DNA of 64,000 bases from Reclinomonas americana ATCC 50394 (taxonomy: Eukaryota). Position numbers and translations under genes: made by a program. The notes beneath the pieces were generated by a model. It searched no databases, was not told the origin of the DNA, and saw nothing but the letters and a program-made list of their open reading frames with translations. Position 1 is the first letter of the stretch. Each line of letters begins with the position of its first letter. The stretch covers positions 62,001 through 126,000 of the forward strand of contig PS015134.1 of assembly GCA_048213135.1 (NCBI GenBank). The letters are read 5' to 3'. Below, one piece after another: positions 1 through 13,798 of this stretch.

Positions 1-385
1 CAGAGCGAGTTCATCTCGATTCTGGGTGCGATAGTGAGGCACCAAGATACACACAACGAGCAGATGCTCAAGTGACAACGAAACTTTCTCGCCAGGTCAT
101 ACTGCGGTGATCCGACAGCCGCCTCGCCACCATCCTTGCCACTTCTGGCCACCATAGGTTCTCTGCTTTTAACGGGGGGCAGAGCAAGAAACGCTTCAAT
201 CTCTGCACGCAGTGAAGAAGAGGGCGGAGGATGGACAGAGACTAACCCACTATCCAAGTCCACATGCAGCATGGCATTGGCTCGTGTCAGAGACTCCAAA
301 ATCCACTGGGTGGTGATGTAGGCAATCACGCTGACGGCCACCATGAAGAACGGACCAGAGAGGAGACCTCCTTCCTGCATGCGCA

Positions 386-478
<93 letters not shown>

Positions 479-481
479 CAC

Positions 482-529
<48 letters not shown>

Positions 530-711
530 TACGACTACACTACGACGACCGTACGACGTACGTACGTACGACGACGANNNNNNNNNNNNNNNNNNNNACA
601 CAGCGACAGCACGAACTAGCAATACATCACACCTCGGAATAGCATGCGGCGACACCGACGAATAGCCAACCTACCACCTCGCCACCACGTACGTGAGCAC
701 ACACACTCTCT

Positions 712-765
<54 letters not shown>

Positions 766-991
766 CAGCGCAACAGAATGTAGTTGAGGATGAAACAGTA
801 GCCAGTGAAGCTCCCGTACAAGCCACCGACCTGCACACAACACTCATTCAGCACACTCACACACACTCACACTCACTCTCTTATGTTCTCTCAACTGGAA
901 CAGTGGCTTCAGTGGGCGCTGTGCGAGACCGTGGTGAGTCGCTGACACCACCAGCGGTGCTCGAGAGCAAGCGTGAGCGCTCGTCGAGCAT
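1..991 (-). CDS. Amino-acid transporter, TMEM104/Aa_trans-like (5' exons; gene runs off the window start)
   Basis: Spliced exons MLDERSRLLS...TVP | VGGLYGSFTGYCFILNYIL | ...GVAACYSE | EGGLLSGPFFMVAVSVIAYITTQWILESLTRANAML resemble the first TM helices of TMEM104-type transporters. ATG at 991. Confidence 0.65.
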
Positions 992-1085
992 TTTATGTTC
1001 AAGTCCTGCAGCTGTCTGAGCGTCGACGTCTTCGATATCGGAGAAGCAACCAGGCAGCCAGGTGGATGTTGATGCTGAAGTTTAC

Positions 1086-4000
1086 TCATATCTTCAACCC
1101 CGATGTGCAGTCGCCGCTCGTCGCACACGCGGTCGCCGTCGACGTGGCCACCACGCCACTCTTTGGTACACACTGTTTTGTCGACGTAGTGAATGTCCAC
1201 GATCCGCACGCAGTCAACTGCGAGCACCACAGCGAGCATGCTTGTGGCCCAGTTGTTGTCTTAATGGCCCACGTGAGATCGCCGCCGGGTCGGTCTGCAT
1301 ACCAACAAGAAGCCACATCAGTCACGAATCCCTCATCTCTCATCTTCCGAAGAGCATTCACACTCACCGGTGCTGGTCTGGAACCCGCTGCTGTCATACG
1401 CCACCACACTCGTCTTGCGTCCCGACACCAAGCAGAAATGCGAGCCACACACGTTGCTGGTTTCTGAATTGGCGGCTACAGCCGGCACGGTGCTCTGCGT
1501 GCAACTGTAGTGAGCTAGTCGATTCCTCACAAGTTCCTGCTTATTACCGATCACGTGCCTTCAACGTGCACACACTCACTCCATACGTATTCGATGCCGC
1601 AGCAGCATCCAGGAACGTCCACGATCGACACAGTGAGGACTGGTCACATAATTCACAACACCCGACCTCGCTGGCAACAGAAGGCATCACAGCCAGGATC
1701 GCGCCGCCAGGTCGATCAACTGCCTCGAACTGGCACACTTCCAACGCCGCTGCTCGATTTGACGGAGATTGAGACGCCGATGGCCGACAACGGTGCACAG
1801 TGCGGAATCTCAACGCAACGAGCCACAATTCCATTCTGTACTGTTGCACAACCAGTATTCGTTGCTGTACACGCACAGCAATCACCGTCAGCATCGCATC
1901 TCTCTGACTGACACCCACAGCTGCGCAGAACGTGCGAGCCTAACGAGGAAATGAACATGACTGAGTGAAAGACACAGCACCCGACCACTTTCTCTTCCGT
2001 GGAGAGCGAGAGATACCCCAACAGGCCGTGCGTATCCCTCTCCTCAATAAATGCACACTCCACCATTCGACGCACACGCACACACTTCTCCACCCCTGAC
2101 ATCTCTGCGCTACAATCTTCACTCATTAACGTCGACACTGCGGCACGCTCGCACGCGAGGCGCAAGAAGAATAACCAACCATCACCTACAACTTCCCTTC
2201 TACTCTTTCCTTCCTTTCCGTTTCCCTCCCTTCCCCACCCACGTCACCAGGTCTATGGGACGTGGACTTGCATGTGGAGCACAAAACGCCAAACAACCCC
2301 TCTCCTCTTCCCCCCTTCTACCTTCTCCCTTCCCTCCCCATTGCGCACCATACACAATCGCGAACTGCTTGGTGTACGTCAGCGCGCCATCGCTCACTTG
2401 CACAAACACTTGCAGTCGCCGACTCAGTGGCGGAGCCACCGAGATTGTCAGTTGATTGCCGCCAACCAGACTGAACAGAGCCGCATGCACACCGCCGACA
2501 ATGCTGAATGTCGGCGTCTGTCCCGTATTGAGATCCACCATGCTCAGTGTGCCCACAGTGAATGGCACCGTGGCACTCGAGTACGTCTGCGCACCCGACA
2601 GGAGAATGTCACTCGGCGCCACATTTCCTGCATACCTCACTCGTTTAGCCAACACACGCACACTGGCCGGATGCGTCTCTGCAGTCTCTCCTCCCTCACC
2701 AATGGCGAATGCGGAGAGCGCCACATACGAGCTGGTCAAAGTCCATCGCGTGCACAACTCGTAGGTGCCAACAGCTACACCTGCCGCTCCAATCGTCAGC
2801 GTGATGCTGTTCGAGCTGCCGAATGCACTGCTGATGCGCGTGGATCCGACGAGAAGCACACTGTGGGGACCACCGAATCGCGCCGCTCCCACACACGCAC
2901 CATCGGCAGTGCCACTCACGCCAGCCGAGCCACAGATGGTCGTCACCGCACCGGCATAGGTCACTCGTCGAATGGTTTTGTTGATAAATTCGCCCACATA
3001 CACCACTTGGTTCGTGGCATCCACCGCGATGCCCGTGGGTTGATTGAACGAGGCTGCTGCACCCGTGGCATTGGCACTCCCCGACACACCGTTTCCCGCC
3101 AACGTGGTGACCACGGCCGCGGAGGTGACGGCACGCACAGCGTGGTTTGTCAACTGCAGCACACAGAGTGTCAAGAGTCAGCAGAATTTAACCTGTGATT
3201 ATGCATGCCTGCACACTCACATCGGCGACAAACATCGTTCCCGTGGATTGGTCAATGGCTAGATTGGCAACACTGCGCAAGGCGAGTGTGTTTGATGAGT
3301 GAAGGGAGAGAGGGAGGGAGGGAGGGAGAGACAGAGAGAGCACAAGAACGCACAGTTTGAACTGAGCTGCCACGCCTGTGCCATCCGCAAAGCCGCATGT
3401 GGTGCCAGCAAACGTGGTCACTGTGGCTGCAGGTGTGATGCGTCGAATGCGGCAGTTGCTGCCATCATCATCGCGTGCGCGCACGAGAGTGAGCGAGAGA
3501 GCAAGAGGCCGCAAGAAGAATGGATTACACAATCGACAGAGAAGACGAGTTGCATGTAATGCATGACACAACTTGTAATCGCCCACATACAAGTTGCCCA
3601 TGGCGTCCAGGGCCAGCCCCTGTTGAGAGAGCGCACACACTCAGTGCGTCAGCGCAGCACAGCAGCAAGCAGCGCCCTCTGTCGACGTCGCGCACGCACC
3701 AATGGTCTATTGAATCTTGCACTTGCGCCCACGCCGTCGGTCGTTCCCCATAAACCAGCCGTGCCCGCGAAGGTGGAGACAGTGGCTGGAGAGACACCAA
3801 TGGCGGCGGCATAGGGCGACCACTCAAATGAGTTGGCGGTGCCACCAGCGACATTGTTGGGATTCACCCACGCGTTGAGAGTGGCCGCCGAGCCAGTGAT
3901 GTTGTTGGCGACGGCGGTGGTCACTGTTTGCGCGTCTGTGGGAAAGTATGCGCGAAATGAGATAATGAGATAGAAACGTGCACTCATTCGCAGTGCGACA

Positions 4001-4103
4001 CGTGCACGCAACACGCTGTGCCGGCGAGCAAGTAGACGATGAGCGCGATGCTCAAGAGCGCACGCATAACACCCACTCGGGTGAACACGCGGAGAGTTGC
4101 CAT
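1086..4103 (-). CDS. Secreted/surface protein: signal peptide, NHL-repeat beta-propeller, cadherin-like domain, two PAN/apple domains (multi-exon)
   Basis: Exon 1 MATLRVFTRVGVMRALLSIALIVYLLAGTA-Y|AQ is signal-peptide-like. NHL repeats include VSTFAGTAGLWGTTDGVGASARFNRP and VTTLAGNGVSGSANATGAAASFNQPTGIAVD. Cadherin-like segment NVAPSDILLS...FSIVGG...VQVSDG. PAN-like segments DRPGG...CCELCDQSSLCRSWTF and DRPGGDL...CSLWCSQLTACGSWTF. Stop at 1086. Confidence 0.8.
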
Positions 4104-4407
4104 CTCGCACAAAAAACCCAGATGGAAACGGCTAGAACTCCGGGTTTGGCGCCAAATTAAGTTGGACGGATTCTTCGCGCTTCCCAGCCCGCTTCTTCAC
4201 TCGCAGCGCTGTGCCTGTCTCATACACAGTGCCCTCGGCAGATGGGCCAGTCGTCAAGGGCACCCGACTGTGTACAGTTGGCGAAATGGCGTGCAAATTC
4301 GCCGGAGTCCCATTCCCGCCGAAAAGCGATTTACTTCGCAGCACACGCGCACTGATCAGAATCGCGCTTCACGGGATAGCTTCCCACACCTGCGCACGAC
4401 AAAACGA
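4104..4407. promoter_or_regulatory. Putative bidirectional promoter
   Basis: About 300 bp separate the divergent ATGs at 4103(-) and 4408(+). Confidence 0.4.
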
Positions 4408-7400
4408 ATGAGCGACGCAGCAGCAGCGAGCGCAAGTGACGAGCGAGATGGCCAGATGGCCACCTCAGGTTCAACCTCACACACAACAACACACGCACTC
4501 GCACACACGCACGCACTCTGTCCCTCTCTCTGTCAGTTCTCGTTCTCTCACTCTCTCACACACTCACGCACACGCGCACGCCTGACGATTCGCTCACACT
4601 CACACTCACACACTCATACAGCGTCACCGACTTCATCCTCGACAGGCTCCTCGGGAGTGCCTCCGCCTCCCGCGCAATCGGCATCGGCGGCGGGTGCGGC
4701 GAGCACTGTACCAGCGACGGTTGTTGTCGCAGGCGCAGTCGATTCATCATCCTCTGTGTCATCATCATCATCGTCGCAATTGGCAGTCGGGGGAGCAGAG
4801 GTGACGGGGGAGAAGGCATCTGCTGGTGGTGGGACAGGAGTGTCCTCTACGGCGGCGGCGGCAGCAGCTGCGGGAAGCGGTGCGAGTGGAGTCGCGACGG
4901 GCGAAGTTGGGTGGAATGAGGGATTGAGGGGAGAGAGAGAGAGAGAANNNNNNNNNNNNNNNNNNNNNNNNNNNNNAAGTTGGGTGGAATGAGGGATTGA
5001 GGGGAGAGAGAGAGAGAGAGAAAAGGAAGAGCCTCATGTGGCGCACAGGCTCTGACAGAGGGAGACGCTCTCCATCTCCGCTCGTTTCTCGTGTTGTGAG
5101 CGAAGAAAAAACTCATGGGGACGCACGAAGACGCTCCATCTCCTCTCGATTCTCGCGCACAGAGAGAGAGGGAGAGTGAGAAGAGCGGGTGTAAACAGGA
5201 GTTCATGGGGCGCTCGTACGCTTCTGTAACGTCGCTCTCAGTCTCCGCGCACTTCTCACGCTGAGAGGGAGAGAGAGAGGCAGAGAATGGTAGCACAAGA
5301 AACCTTTGCATTGAGAGAAGGAACAGTGAGTGGGGGGAGAGAGAGGTGGAGAATTGGTCACCGCTCAGGCTCTTGCCTCTCTCCACCCTTGCTCGTTTCT
5401 TGCGTCGAGAGACAGTGGACGAGTGGGGAGGCAGAGAATGGGGCCACTCAGGCTCTTGTCCAGGCGGAGAAGGCCGCTTTGCCGCTCCACCTGCGGTCGC
5501 TTGTTGCACAGAGAGGCAGAGGAGGGGAGAAGATGGAGACGCAGAATAGGAGCTCCATTGCGCATCGCAGTGCTTCTCCAGGAGAAGGAGGCACGTTACT
5601 CGCCACCATCGCGCACAGAGAGAGAAAGACAGATAGAGAGTGGCAGATTGAGAACAACAGTTGCTCAGCAGACACGTTCCTCGGTACTCGTGTGACCGCT
5701 CTCACGCATTCTTTCTTCTCTCTCGCTCAGCGTGTTGCACACAATTCTCAACTCAGCTTCCGTCTCCTTCGCCCTTTCTCCCTCTCTCCCTGTCCTTCTC
5801 CCCGATTCCATCATTCTACGACGATTTCTCTTGCTCGAGTCGTCTCATCGCTCTCCCGCACAGTTGGTCCCGCTGTCGACATTCCTCGAAAGGTTCCAGT
5901 ACCTGGAGAAGGGCGGCCGTGAGAAATCCCCTGTGGTGTGCGTGGAGGGTGCGTCGGAGATCACTTGTCCACGAATTGCATGTTCGATATTGCATTTGAC
6001 TGTAGACCCGTGTGCAGGCATTGTCGTTCGCAAGCGGTCAAATAATCGTTGCGCGTTGGTTGTGTTTCCTCCCTTGATTGGTTCCTCGTGTAGCTGACGA
6101 GTGGGTTGGTGTGTGAAACGCAGCGCGATTGCACTTTGTGGACATTGGAGGAGATGGCGCGTAATGACTGTACTATTTTTGTCTCGCCGATTCTCGTGCT
6201 CACTTTGATGTGTGCGGGCGCAGGAGTTGAGAAGTTCCAGCTGATGTGCGATCAAAGGTGGGAGCGAAGAGAGAGAGAAAGGGGAGAGAGGGGAAGGGTG
6301 GAAAAGGAGTGGGAAAATCCTATTTTCTGCTCTGCAGTTTGTCGTCTCTGCGTTTGTGTTTCTGTCTCATTTCGCTTTCTCTCTCGAATTCCGACGTCAT
6401 TCTCGTCAGTGCATGTGGTATTTTCTCGATTAGCGAAAGGAATGTGGAGAAGGGGAAAGATAGATAAGGAGAAGTGAAGTGGGAAGGCTGATAGACGAGG
6501 GAGAATGAGACATGGGGATAGGAGGGAATGGACGGGCACACTCTCCAGTGAATTGTCGTCTCTCCCGTCGTCCCCCTCTATCCCCTTCTCTTCCACCTTT
6601 CCAATCCCCTGACTCTTATACCGTTCTCATCCTCCTTTCTCTTCCCCTCTTTCCCCCTCTTTCCCCCTCTCTTTCCCCCTCTTTCCCCCTCTCTTTCCTC
6701 CTCTCTCCCCCTCTTTCCCCCTCATTCCCCCTCTTTACCCCTCTTTACCCCTCCGCTCACTTCCCCTTGTCCATGCACAGAGAATTCGACGGCCAGCTGG
6801 CCGACTTTGTGCAGTCGCTGCAAGTTGGAGATCACCTGCGAGTCGAAGGCGTGGCAGGTACAGAGACCCCCCTTCTCCCATTTGTCCTCTCTCTCCCTCC
6901 TCCCTCCTTCTCAATCTTCTCCTCCAACGACAGCCCGTACCATGGCCGGCGAGGTCTCCCTCGTACCCCACCGCGTCCTCCACCATCGACCGGCACCGGC
7001 CGACGCCAACGGCATCGGACACCTCGTGCAACAAAAGTCACATCCGAACTACTCGCTGCCGCAGCCGACGATTTCGCTCTCCGAGTTCCGTGCGAGATAC
7101 GAAAAGCTCGAGGCCGGAGTGGACTGCACGCAGCACAAGATGGAGGTGATTCAGGGTGTGGTCGTGCGCAAGCGCACACTGAATGCCCGCCTGCACTTTG
7201 TCGACGTTCACGGAGATGGTGTCGAAAAGTTCCAGTTGCTGTGCGACCAAAAGTGCGTTGCTGTTTTGTGTGTCCTGCGGGGCGGGGTGAGGGTGACACG
7301 TCTCTCATTGCACCACGCGCGCGCAGTGTGTACCGCGGCAACGTCTCCTTCGCCGTGTCGGCTCTGCGCTTCGGGTACATGGTGCACGTTCAGGGCTTCC

Positions 7401-8665
7401 CAATAATGAGTGGCTCTGGTGAGTTGAGTCTGGCGCCGATCAAGATCACGGTGATTGCCACGAATGGATTGGTGAGTCTGGTAGTGCGAGGGAGGTGGCG
7501 TTCTGTGTGGTCACGTTCCCACCGCCTCTTGTGTCGCAGGGCGCACCGGTGTTCCCCGGTGGCCACGTGCCCAGCCACCTGCAGCCGACCATGAATCTCA
7601 GCGACTTCAAGGCGGCGTTCGACGACAAGCTGCAAGCCAACGACCGCCTGAAAGGCGAAGTGCACCGTGTGGTGGGCATGGTGCGCCAGAAGAGATGTAT
7701 CAACACTCGACTCTTTTTTGTGGACATTGCCAGCCTGTCACGCAATCAGACCGCCATGGTCGACAAGCTGCAGTTGATGGCGGATCAAAAGTGCGCACTC
7801 TCATCACCTCCCGTTGCCTCTCTTCCCCTTTGTTTCTCACCACCTCGCAGCGACTACCCCGGCCAACTGCCCGACCTCATGGAGTCGATCGAGCCAGGGG
7901 ATGTGGTGTTCGCTCAGGGCTACCCCGCCAAGTCGAACACGGGCGAGCTCAGTCTTGTACCGGCCTCCATTGTTATTTGCCCGAATCACACACGCCACGC
8001 GTCGCCCATGGTGCCGTCGGGAGTGGCCGCCACAGTACCTACGGGTGGCGTCCCGCTACCAGTCGGCGTCACCTTGTCGCCGCGTCTGAATCACGCGGCA
8101 GGCGGCGCACCTCATCCGCACCCGCATCACCACCACCCACACCCGCACCCTCATCACCCTCACATGCCGCATCCTCACGCGCACTTGCCGGGCCAGCCAC
8201 CAGCANNNNNNNNNNNNNNNNNNNNAGAGAGAGAGAGAGAGAGCGGAACGTGATACAAAGTGATGTTGCTGCTTGTGTGTGTGTGTGTGTGTGTGTTTGT
8301 GTGTTACTGTCTCTTTTCTTTTTCCTCATGCACAAGATGCACAATGCGACGACTAAAATGTGTATGTGTTTGCGAGTGTGAGAATGAGTGCGTGTGCTTG
8401 TTTGTGTTTGTGTGAGTATCAGAGTGTGAGAGAGAGTGTGTGTGTGTCTGTTGTTTGTATGTTTGTGTGTGTATGCATGAAAGTGAGGCAACGAGAATTG
8501 GGAGTGGCAGTGTTGTGAGTGAGGCTTTTTATTATATCCCAAGGTCATCAGAACGAGAATTGGTGGCAATTTGGCAGGTTTGCATCAAAATAAGCTGTAG
8601 CAGCTAAAGTGAGAATTGAGACAAACGAATTGCCGGGATTCATCTGTTTGTGCTTGCACGTTTGG

Positions 8666-8759
<94 letters not shown>

Positions 8760-8791
8760 NNNNNNNNNNNNNNNNNNNNNNGTAGTAGTAG

Positions 8792-8835
<44 letters not shown>

Positions 8836-9795
8836 ATTGCACACGTTGTATGCTGTGAAATTCGAAGCCGGGCACGCAAGAAAATCGTGATGACTCATCT
8901 TTTTTTCGCCACCCCAGGGCATGAATTCCGCGGCTCTCCCACCCGGGGCCTACCCGCCCGGCCCACCCGGCTCGTGGGTGGCCATGAGTCAATTCGCTCC
9001 ACATCCGCACGCCACGCCACCAGTGATGCGCGGTATGCCGGGTGCCATGGTCGGCAACGGGCACCGGGGAGGTGCTGGCGGTCGACATCGTTGCGTGCAC
9101 TCAGAAAGAGAAGGGCGTTTGGCGATCCGAGGCTGACTGCTCTTTTGTCTGTCGATGCAGGCGGCGGTGGCGGTGGTGGTGGCGGTGGCGGCGGCGGTCA
9201 CCACCAGCATCATCATCAACATCACGGACATCCGCACCAACATTCGCGCGGACCGATGCCGATGCATGCCGACAATGGTGCATACTATCAGGGAGGCCCC
9301 GATGGTGCAATGATGGTGCGTGTGAGTATTTGGGAGAAGGAGGGCGAGGGTCAGGGGAAAGGATGCGAGCATGAGATCTGAGATCGGTGTGGCATACACG
9401 GAATTTACATTCACGGTAGACAGAGCACAGACTCCTGCGAGATACAGCAAGTGCGTGTGTGCATGTTTGCGAGTGCGCGAGTGAGAGACGGAGGGCGTGA
9501 TGTGTGTTTGTGTGCATGATATCAAATGTGCGAGTGATTCTTAGAGCGGGCATTGTTTCCCTGTCTCCAGTGCCACTCACATGCTGATGCGCAGAACCCA
9601 CCACCCGGCCTTCCCGCGCCACAACTGCCTTCCGCTGCCGTCGGGTCCGCTCAGCCGCCACCACAACCCTCACAACCACAACAACAACAACCACCACCAC
9701 CACCGGCATCGTCAGTACCGGCGGCGGCAGGGGCAGGGGCATCACCCGCACCACCGGCCGCGGCCAACACTGCCTCCACCGACACCACCGCTTGA
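4408..9795 (+). CDS. Protein with three tandem LysRS-type anticodon-binding OB folds, plus Ser/Ala-rich N-terminal and His/Gly/Pro/Gln-rich C-terminal low-complexity tails
   Basis: Repeat 1: LSTFLERFQYLEKG..IVVRKRSNNPRLHFVDIGGDGVEKFQLMCDQ..LQVGDHLRVEG..GEVSLVP. Repeat 2: ISLSEFRARYEKLEAG..RKRTLNARLHFVDVHGDGVEKFQLLCDQ..VQGFPIMSGSGELSLAP. Repeat 3: MNLSDFKAAFDDKL..QKRCINTRLFFVDI..IEPGDVVFAQGYPAKSNTGELSLVP. Each follows the eukaryotic LysRS N-terminal OB-domain pattern. Confidence 0.8.
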
Positions 9796-10724
9796 GGCCC
9801 CTGAGCCCTCCAGGAAGAGGACCGCAGTCTGTATATAGCTACATGCACAAAGAAACACACACGCGCGCACTCACTTGTCTAGCCTATCCATTCGACAGTG
9901 AGCGCGTGTAAAACGACAGCCACAAAGTGTATAATTCAAGGACAGTTGCAGAGGCGATCAGCAGGTGGGTGCAATTGGAGGGAGGTCTCATTTCTCAATC
10001 ACACCATCAAATGCAGAGATCATCGTCGGGTGGGTGCAGGCCTTCTTGTAGCATTGCAGCAGAAGTTGAAGAGAAGATTAGTGTGAGGCAGGTGTCTTGT
10101 TCTTTCTCTGCAGCATTGAGAAGATCATTGGGTGGAGGGAGACAGTCCTTCTCTCTGTCACATCGCCAGCTGAGAAATGATCATACGGGGAGGCCTCCTT
10201 GCATAGTCGCTGAGGAGATATGCAGGTCTCTTTCTCTATTGCGCTCCAAGTTGTGGCGAGCGCAGGTCTCATGATCATTGTTTTGCAGCACCAGGTTATG
10301 TTTGGCAGCAGAAGTTGCAGAGAAGATCATTGGGAGCGAGGCCTCCTTTCTCTGTCACAGCATCGGATGCAGAGATGCTCGTCGGGTGAGCGCAGATCTC
10401 CTCTGTGTAGCGGCAGTTGTTTACGGAGACGATGAGCGTGAGGCAGTTGACTTGTTCTATCTAGAAGCATCGTTCGAATGCTCCTTGCTGCGCTGATGGC
10501 ACCGGAACTAATGTCGAATAGCTGCCTCTCTGCAAGAGAAGGGACTGCAGGAAGCAAACTCAACGTCGAGGAAGGTTTCGCAGGTGCAATCAACACTCTT
10601 TTCTCCGAGTTTCAAGCCTTGGCTAGTACACAACACAGGCTACTTGACACTGGAGACAGTTAAAGACTGAGAAAGCGACTGAAGTCCGCACAAGAGTCAT
10701 TGTTGTCCTCTTCAAATCTCAATC

Positions 10725-11036
10725 ATGCGTCGCGCAGTCGTTCATGTCGCTCACGAATCAGTGGTGCGTGATGTGACCAAGGTGGCGGCGAGTGCGCCCG
10801 GCCTCTTTGTGCTCTTCACTGGTGCCAAGGTCAATGTCGGAGGTCAAGGTGTGTGTGTCAAAGAACAGTGATTGACTGTTTGCTTGAGTCTCTTGTCTCT
10901 CTCTCTCTCTCATGTGTGGTGTGAGTGGTGGTGCAGAGCGCAGCTGGTGCCCGGATTGTGTGAGTGCGGAGCCGCTGATTGAGGAGGCCTTTAGCTCGTT
11001 GAGTGGAATGAGGGAGAGGGAGAGGGAGAGAGAGAG

Positions 11037-11124
<88 letters not shown>

Positions 11125-11151
11125 GAGGAGGAGAGAGAGAGAGAGGAGGAG

Positions 11152-11202
<51 letters not shown>

Positions 11203-11548
11203 NNNNNNNNNNNNNNNNNNNNCACCTCTCCAATGTCGACGGCATCGAGTCGGGCGACGTTCCGTTCCTGGTGTGCGATCTGCCGCGTGAGCCGTACAAG
11301 CAGGCGGATTTCCACTTGCGCCGAGACCCGCTGATCAAGCTGACGTGCGTGCCCACACTGGCGTTTGTCACTGGAGGCGCGAGAGTTGTGTCTGCCTGTT
11401 GAAGATGTATGTGTGTGTGTGCGCGCTGTTCTGACCTCTTTTTGTGTGTGTGCGCGCGGGGCAGCCTCGCGTTCTGTTCAAGCTGGAAGAGCCGTCGTCG
11501 GCGGATGATTTCGTGCCGGTGCTCACTGCGCTGGAGGATTTCCAGTGA
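10725..11548 (+). CDS. TXNDC17: Thioredoxin-related protein 14 (TRP14/TXNDC17)
   Basis: Exons MRRAVVHVAHESVVRDVTKVAASAPGLFVLFTGAK.. | RSWCPDCVSAEPLIEEAF | ..FHLRRDPLIKLTCVPTL.. | PRVLFKLEEP..DFQ*. The WCPDC active site is diagnostic. Confidence 0.9.
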
Positions 11549-12226
11549 GCTTCTCTGACTTCTTGCAATCCGCGTGCGTGCATGTTTTTTTCTGCTCGTA
11601 CAGTACACATGGTTATTGTGCAAAGGCCAGAGGTGGGGGAAAGGGCTCTGCAACGTGCTCACAGGTGCTTTGGTGACCTTCGTGCAGTCGGCGAGACCTG
11701 TTATCAAGCAATCCACGCTCCTCCCGATACAGTGGTGTTGTGGTGAGGGGAACGCGGTGTGGCTGCAGCGTGTGGGAGTGATCAGCGATGCTTGTGGCTG
11801 TGTGTGCCTCTTGCTTGCTCGGCACTGGCCCGGATTTCGCTTGCCTGTCCCTTCCACGCGGAGCGTGTCGTTCGTGTGTGTGAGCAATATGCGTTGCGGA
11901 AGCCAATGGACAGAGGACACAATGAGAGCCATGTCCTCCATTCACAAGCAGTCACATCACAGACCTCGGCAACACCTCTCTCGAGATCGAGCAGANNNNN
12001 NNNNNNNNNNNNNNNNNNNNNNNNNNNNNNNNNNNNNNNNNNNNNNNNNNNNNNNNNNNNNNNNNNNNNNNNNNNNNNNNNNNNNNNNNNNNNNNNNNNN
12101 NNNNNNNNNNNNNNNNNNNNNNNNNCACCGCCGTCGATCAACAACCTCCACCGCTCATGCCGTCCGCGTGCAGTTCAGTGGGATGCAGTTTTCATTTGCC
12201 TCCCTTCTCTTTCCCCTCCGGCACTA

Positions 12227-13704
12227 CTACAGATACGCCACGTGGTGTAGTAGCGCCTCGCTGTGCGTCTTCTCAAACTTGCTAATGGCATCCTCAATGT
12301 CCGCATCGAGGTCTTCGCACCCTCGCAACTGTGCGTCGCAAGTCAGCGAACAGTAAGAGAGAAGAGTGGGAGAGAAAGGGAGAGAGACAATAGTAGAAAC
12401 AGTGCGCTCATTCACCCGCCTCAGCGACAGTCGAAATCGACGCACAGCTGCGCCACCGCCGCCGCTGAGAGGGAGAGAGACAGGAGAAATACTCTCATCC
12501 GCCCCAGCGACAAACCAATTCACAGAAATCGACACACAGCTGCGCCGCTGAATGGAGAGAGGAGCGACAGAAAGAATCGGAGAGAGTGTAGAGAGAGAGA
12601 GAGAGAGAGAGACAACAGCAAAACGGTGCGCCCCTTCACCCACCAGAGCGGCAACTNNNNNNNNNNNNNNNNNNNNTTCTGAGAGTAACTGCGTGGGCGG
12701 TACAAGGGGAAGGACAAGGGGAAGGGAGTGAGGGGTGAAGAGAGAGTGGAAAGGGAGAGAGAGGGGTGAATAGATGTTGGAAGTGAGTGAGCAAAGAGAG
12801 AGTGGGAAGGCAGTGAGGGATGGAACGTGAGAGAGGGGGCGGGAAGTGGAGATGAGAGAGAGAGAGAGAGAGAGAGAAGAGAGAGAAGGGTAGGCTGCGT
12901 GGGAGGACAAGGAGAAGCAATAAAGTCTGTGACTGGAGGTGAGGAAAGAGTGAACATCAGGGCTCCGCGATGGCGACCACGTAAGAAGCGCAACAGTCTT
13001 GGGTCCTTGTCTGACAGATCCTGATACATGAACTCGTACGGTGTGCCAAAGTCGTACACGTTGGGCGTGTCTATTGAGGGACCAGGGAGCTTCACGCGAT
13101 CGCCGGTGCCTGCGAGAGAGCGAAAAAGGGCAACGAATGCAATCAGTGAGAGGGTGTGAAGGCACAAAGGGAGATGAGGAGGAGAGAGAAGGGCAAAGGA
13201 CTGGAGTGGCTGGAGGGGAGCGAAGGCAGAGAAGAGAGAAAGGAGGAGAGAGAAGGGCAAAGGACTGGAGTGGCTGGAGGGGAGCGAAGGCAGAGAAGAG
13301 AGAAAGGAGGAAAGAAGGGCAAAGGACTTGAGTGCATGGAGGGGAACGAAGGCAGAGAAGAGAGAAAGGAGGTGAGATGCAACGAGGGAAGGCGGAGTGA
13401 GTGACAGAGAGAGAGAGATTGACAAGAGCAACAGAGCGAGTGAAGACACAAAGGGAGAGGAGGAGGAGAAGGGCAACGGACTTGAGTGGCTGGAGAGAGG
13501 GAATGGAGGAGAGAGAAGGGCAAAGGATGCACTTGAGAGAAGGCAGAGTGAGAGGGAGAGAGAGATCGGCAGTGACAAGAAGAACAGCGAGAGCAGTGGC
13601 AGAAAAGATGAGGGAGAAGAGCGAGGAATGCATACAGTGAGCGAGTGAGCGAAGCAGAGTGTGACAGAGAGGGCAGTGGCAAGAGTAAGCGAGTGTTGAC
13701 AGTG

Positions 13705-13798
<94 letters not shown>

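Noticed and set aside
476-577. (GAC)n and TACG-type repeats next to gaps (also about 23290 and 41485-41700)
   Set aside because: They occur at contig ends after long microsatellites and resemble read-end noise in TACG flow order, so they are probably sequencing artefacts rather than telomeric or regulatory repeats.
1999-3198. 399-aa plus-strand ORF
   Set aside because: Antisense shadow of the NHL/cadherin-like exons, with no recognisable motifs.
9930-10440. Degenerate repeated segment (tgcagagat..tcgtcgggtg) between genes
   Set aside because: No consistent reading frame or element termini; cannot be assigned.
12227-13682. Long Leu/Ser- or Arg/Glu-rich ORFs in the track (here and throughout the window)
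   Set aside because: They are translations of intronic (CT)n/(GA)n tracts or N runs, not proteins.
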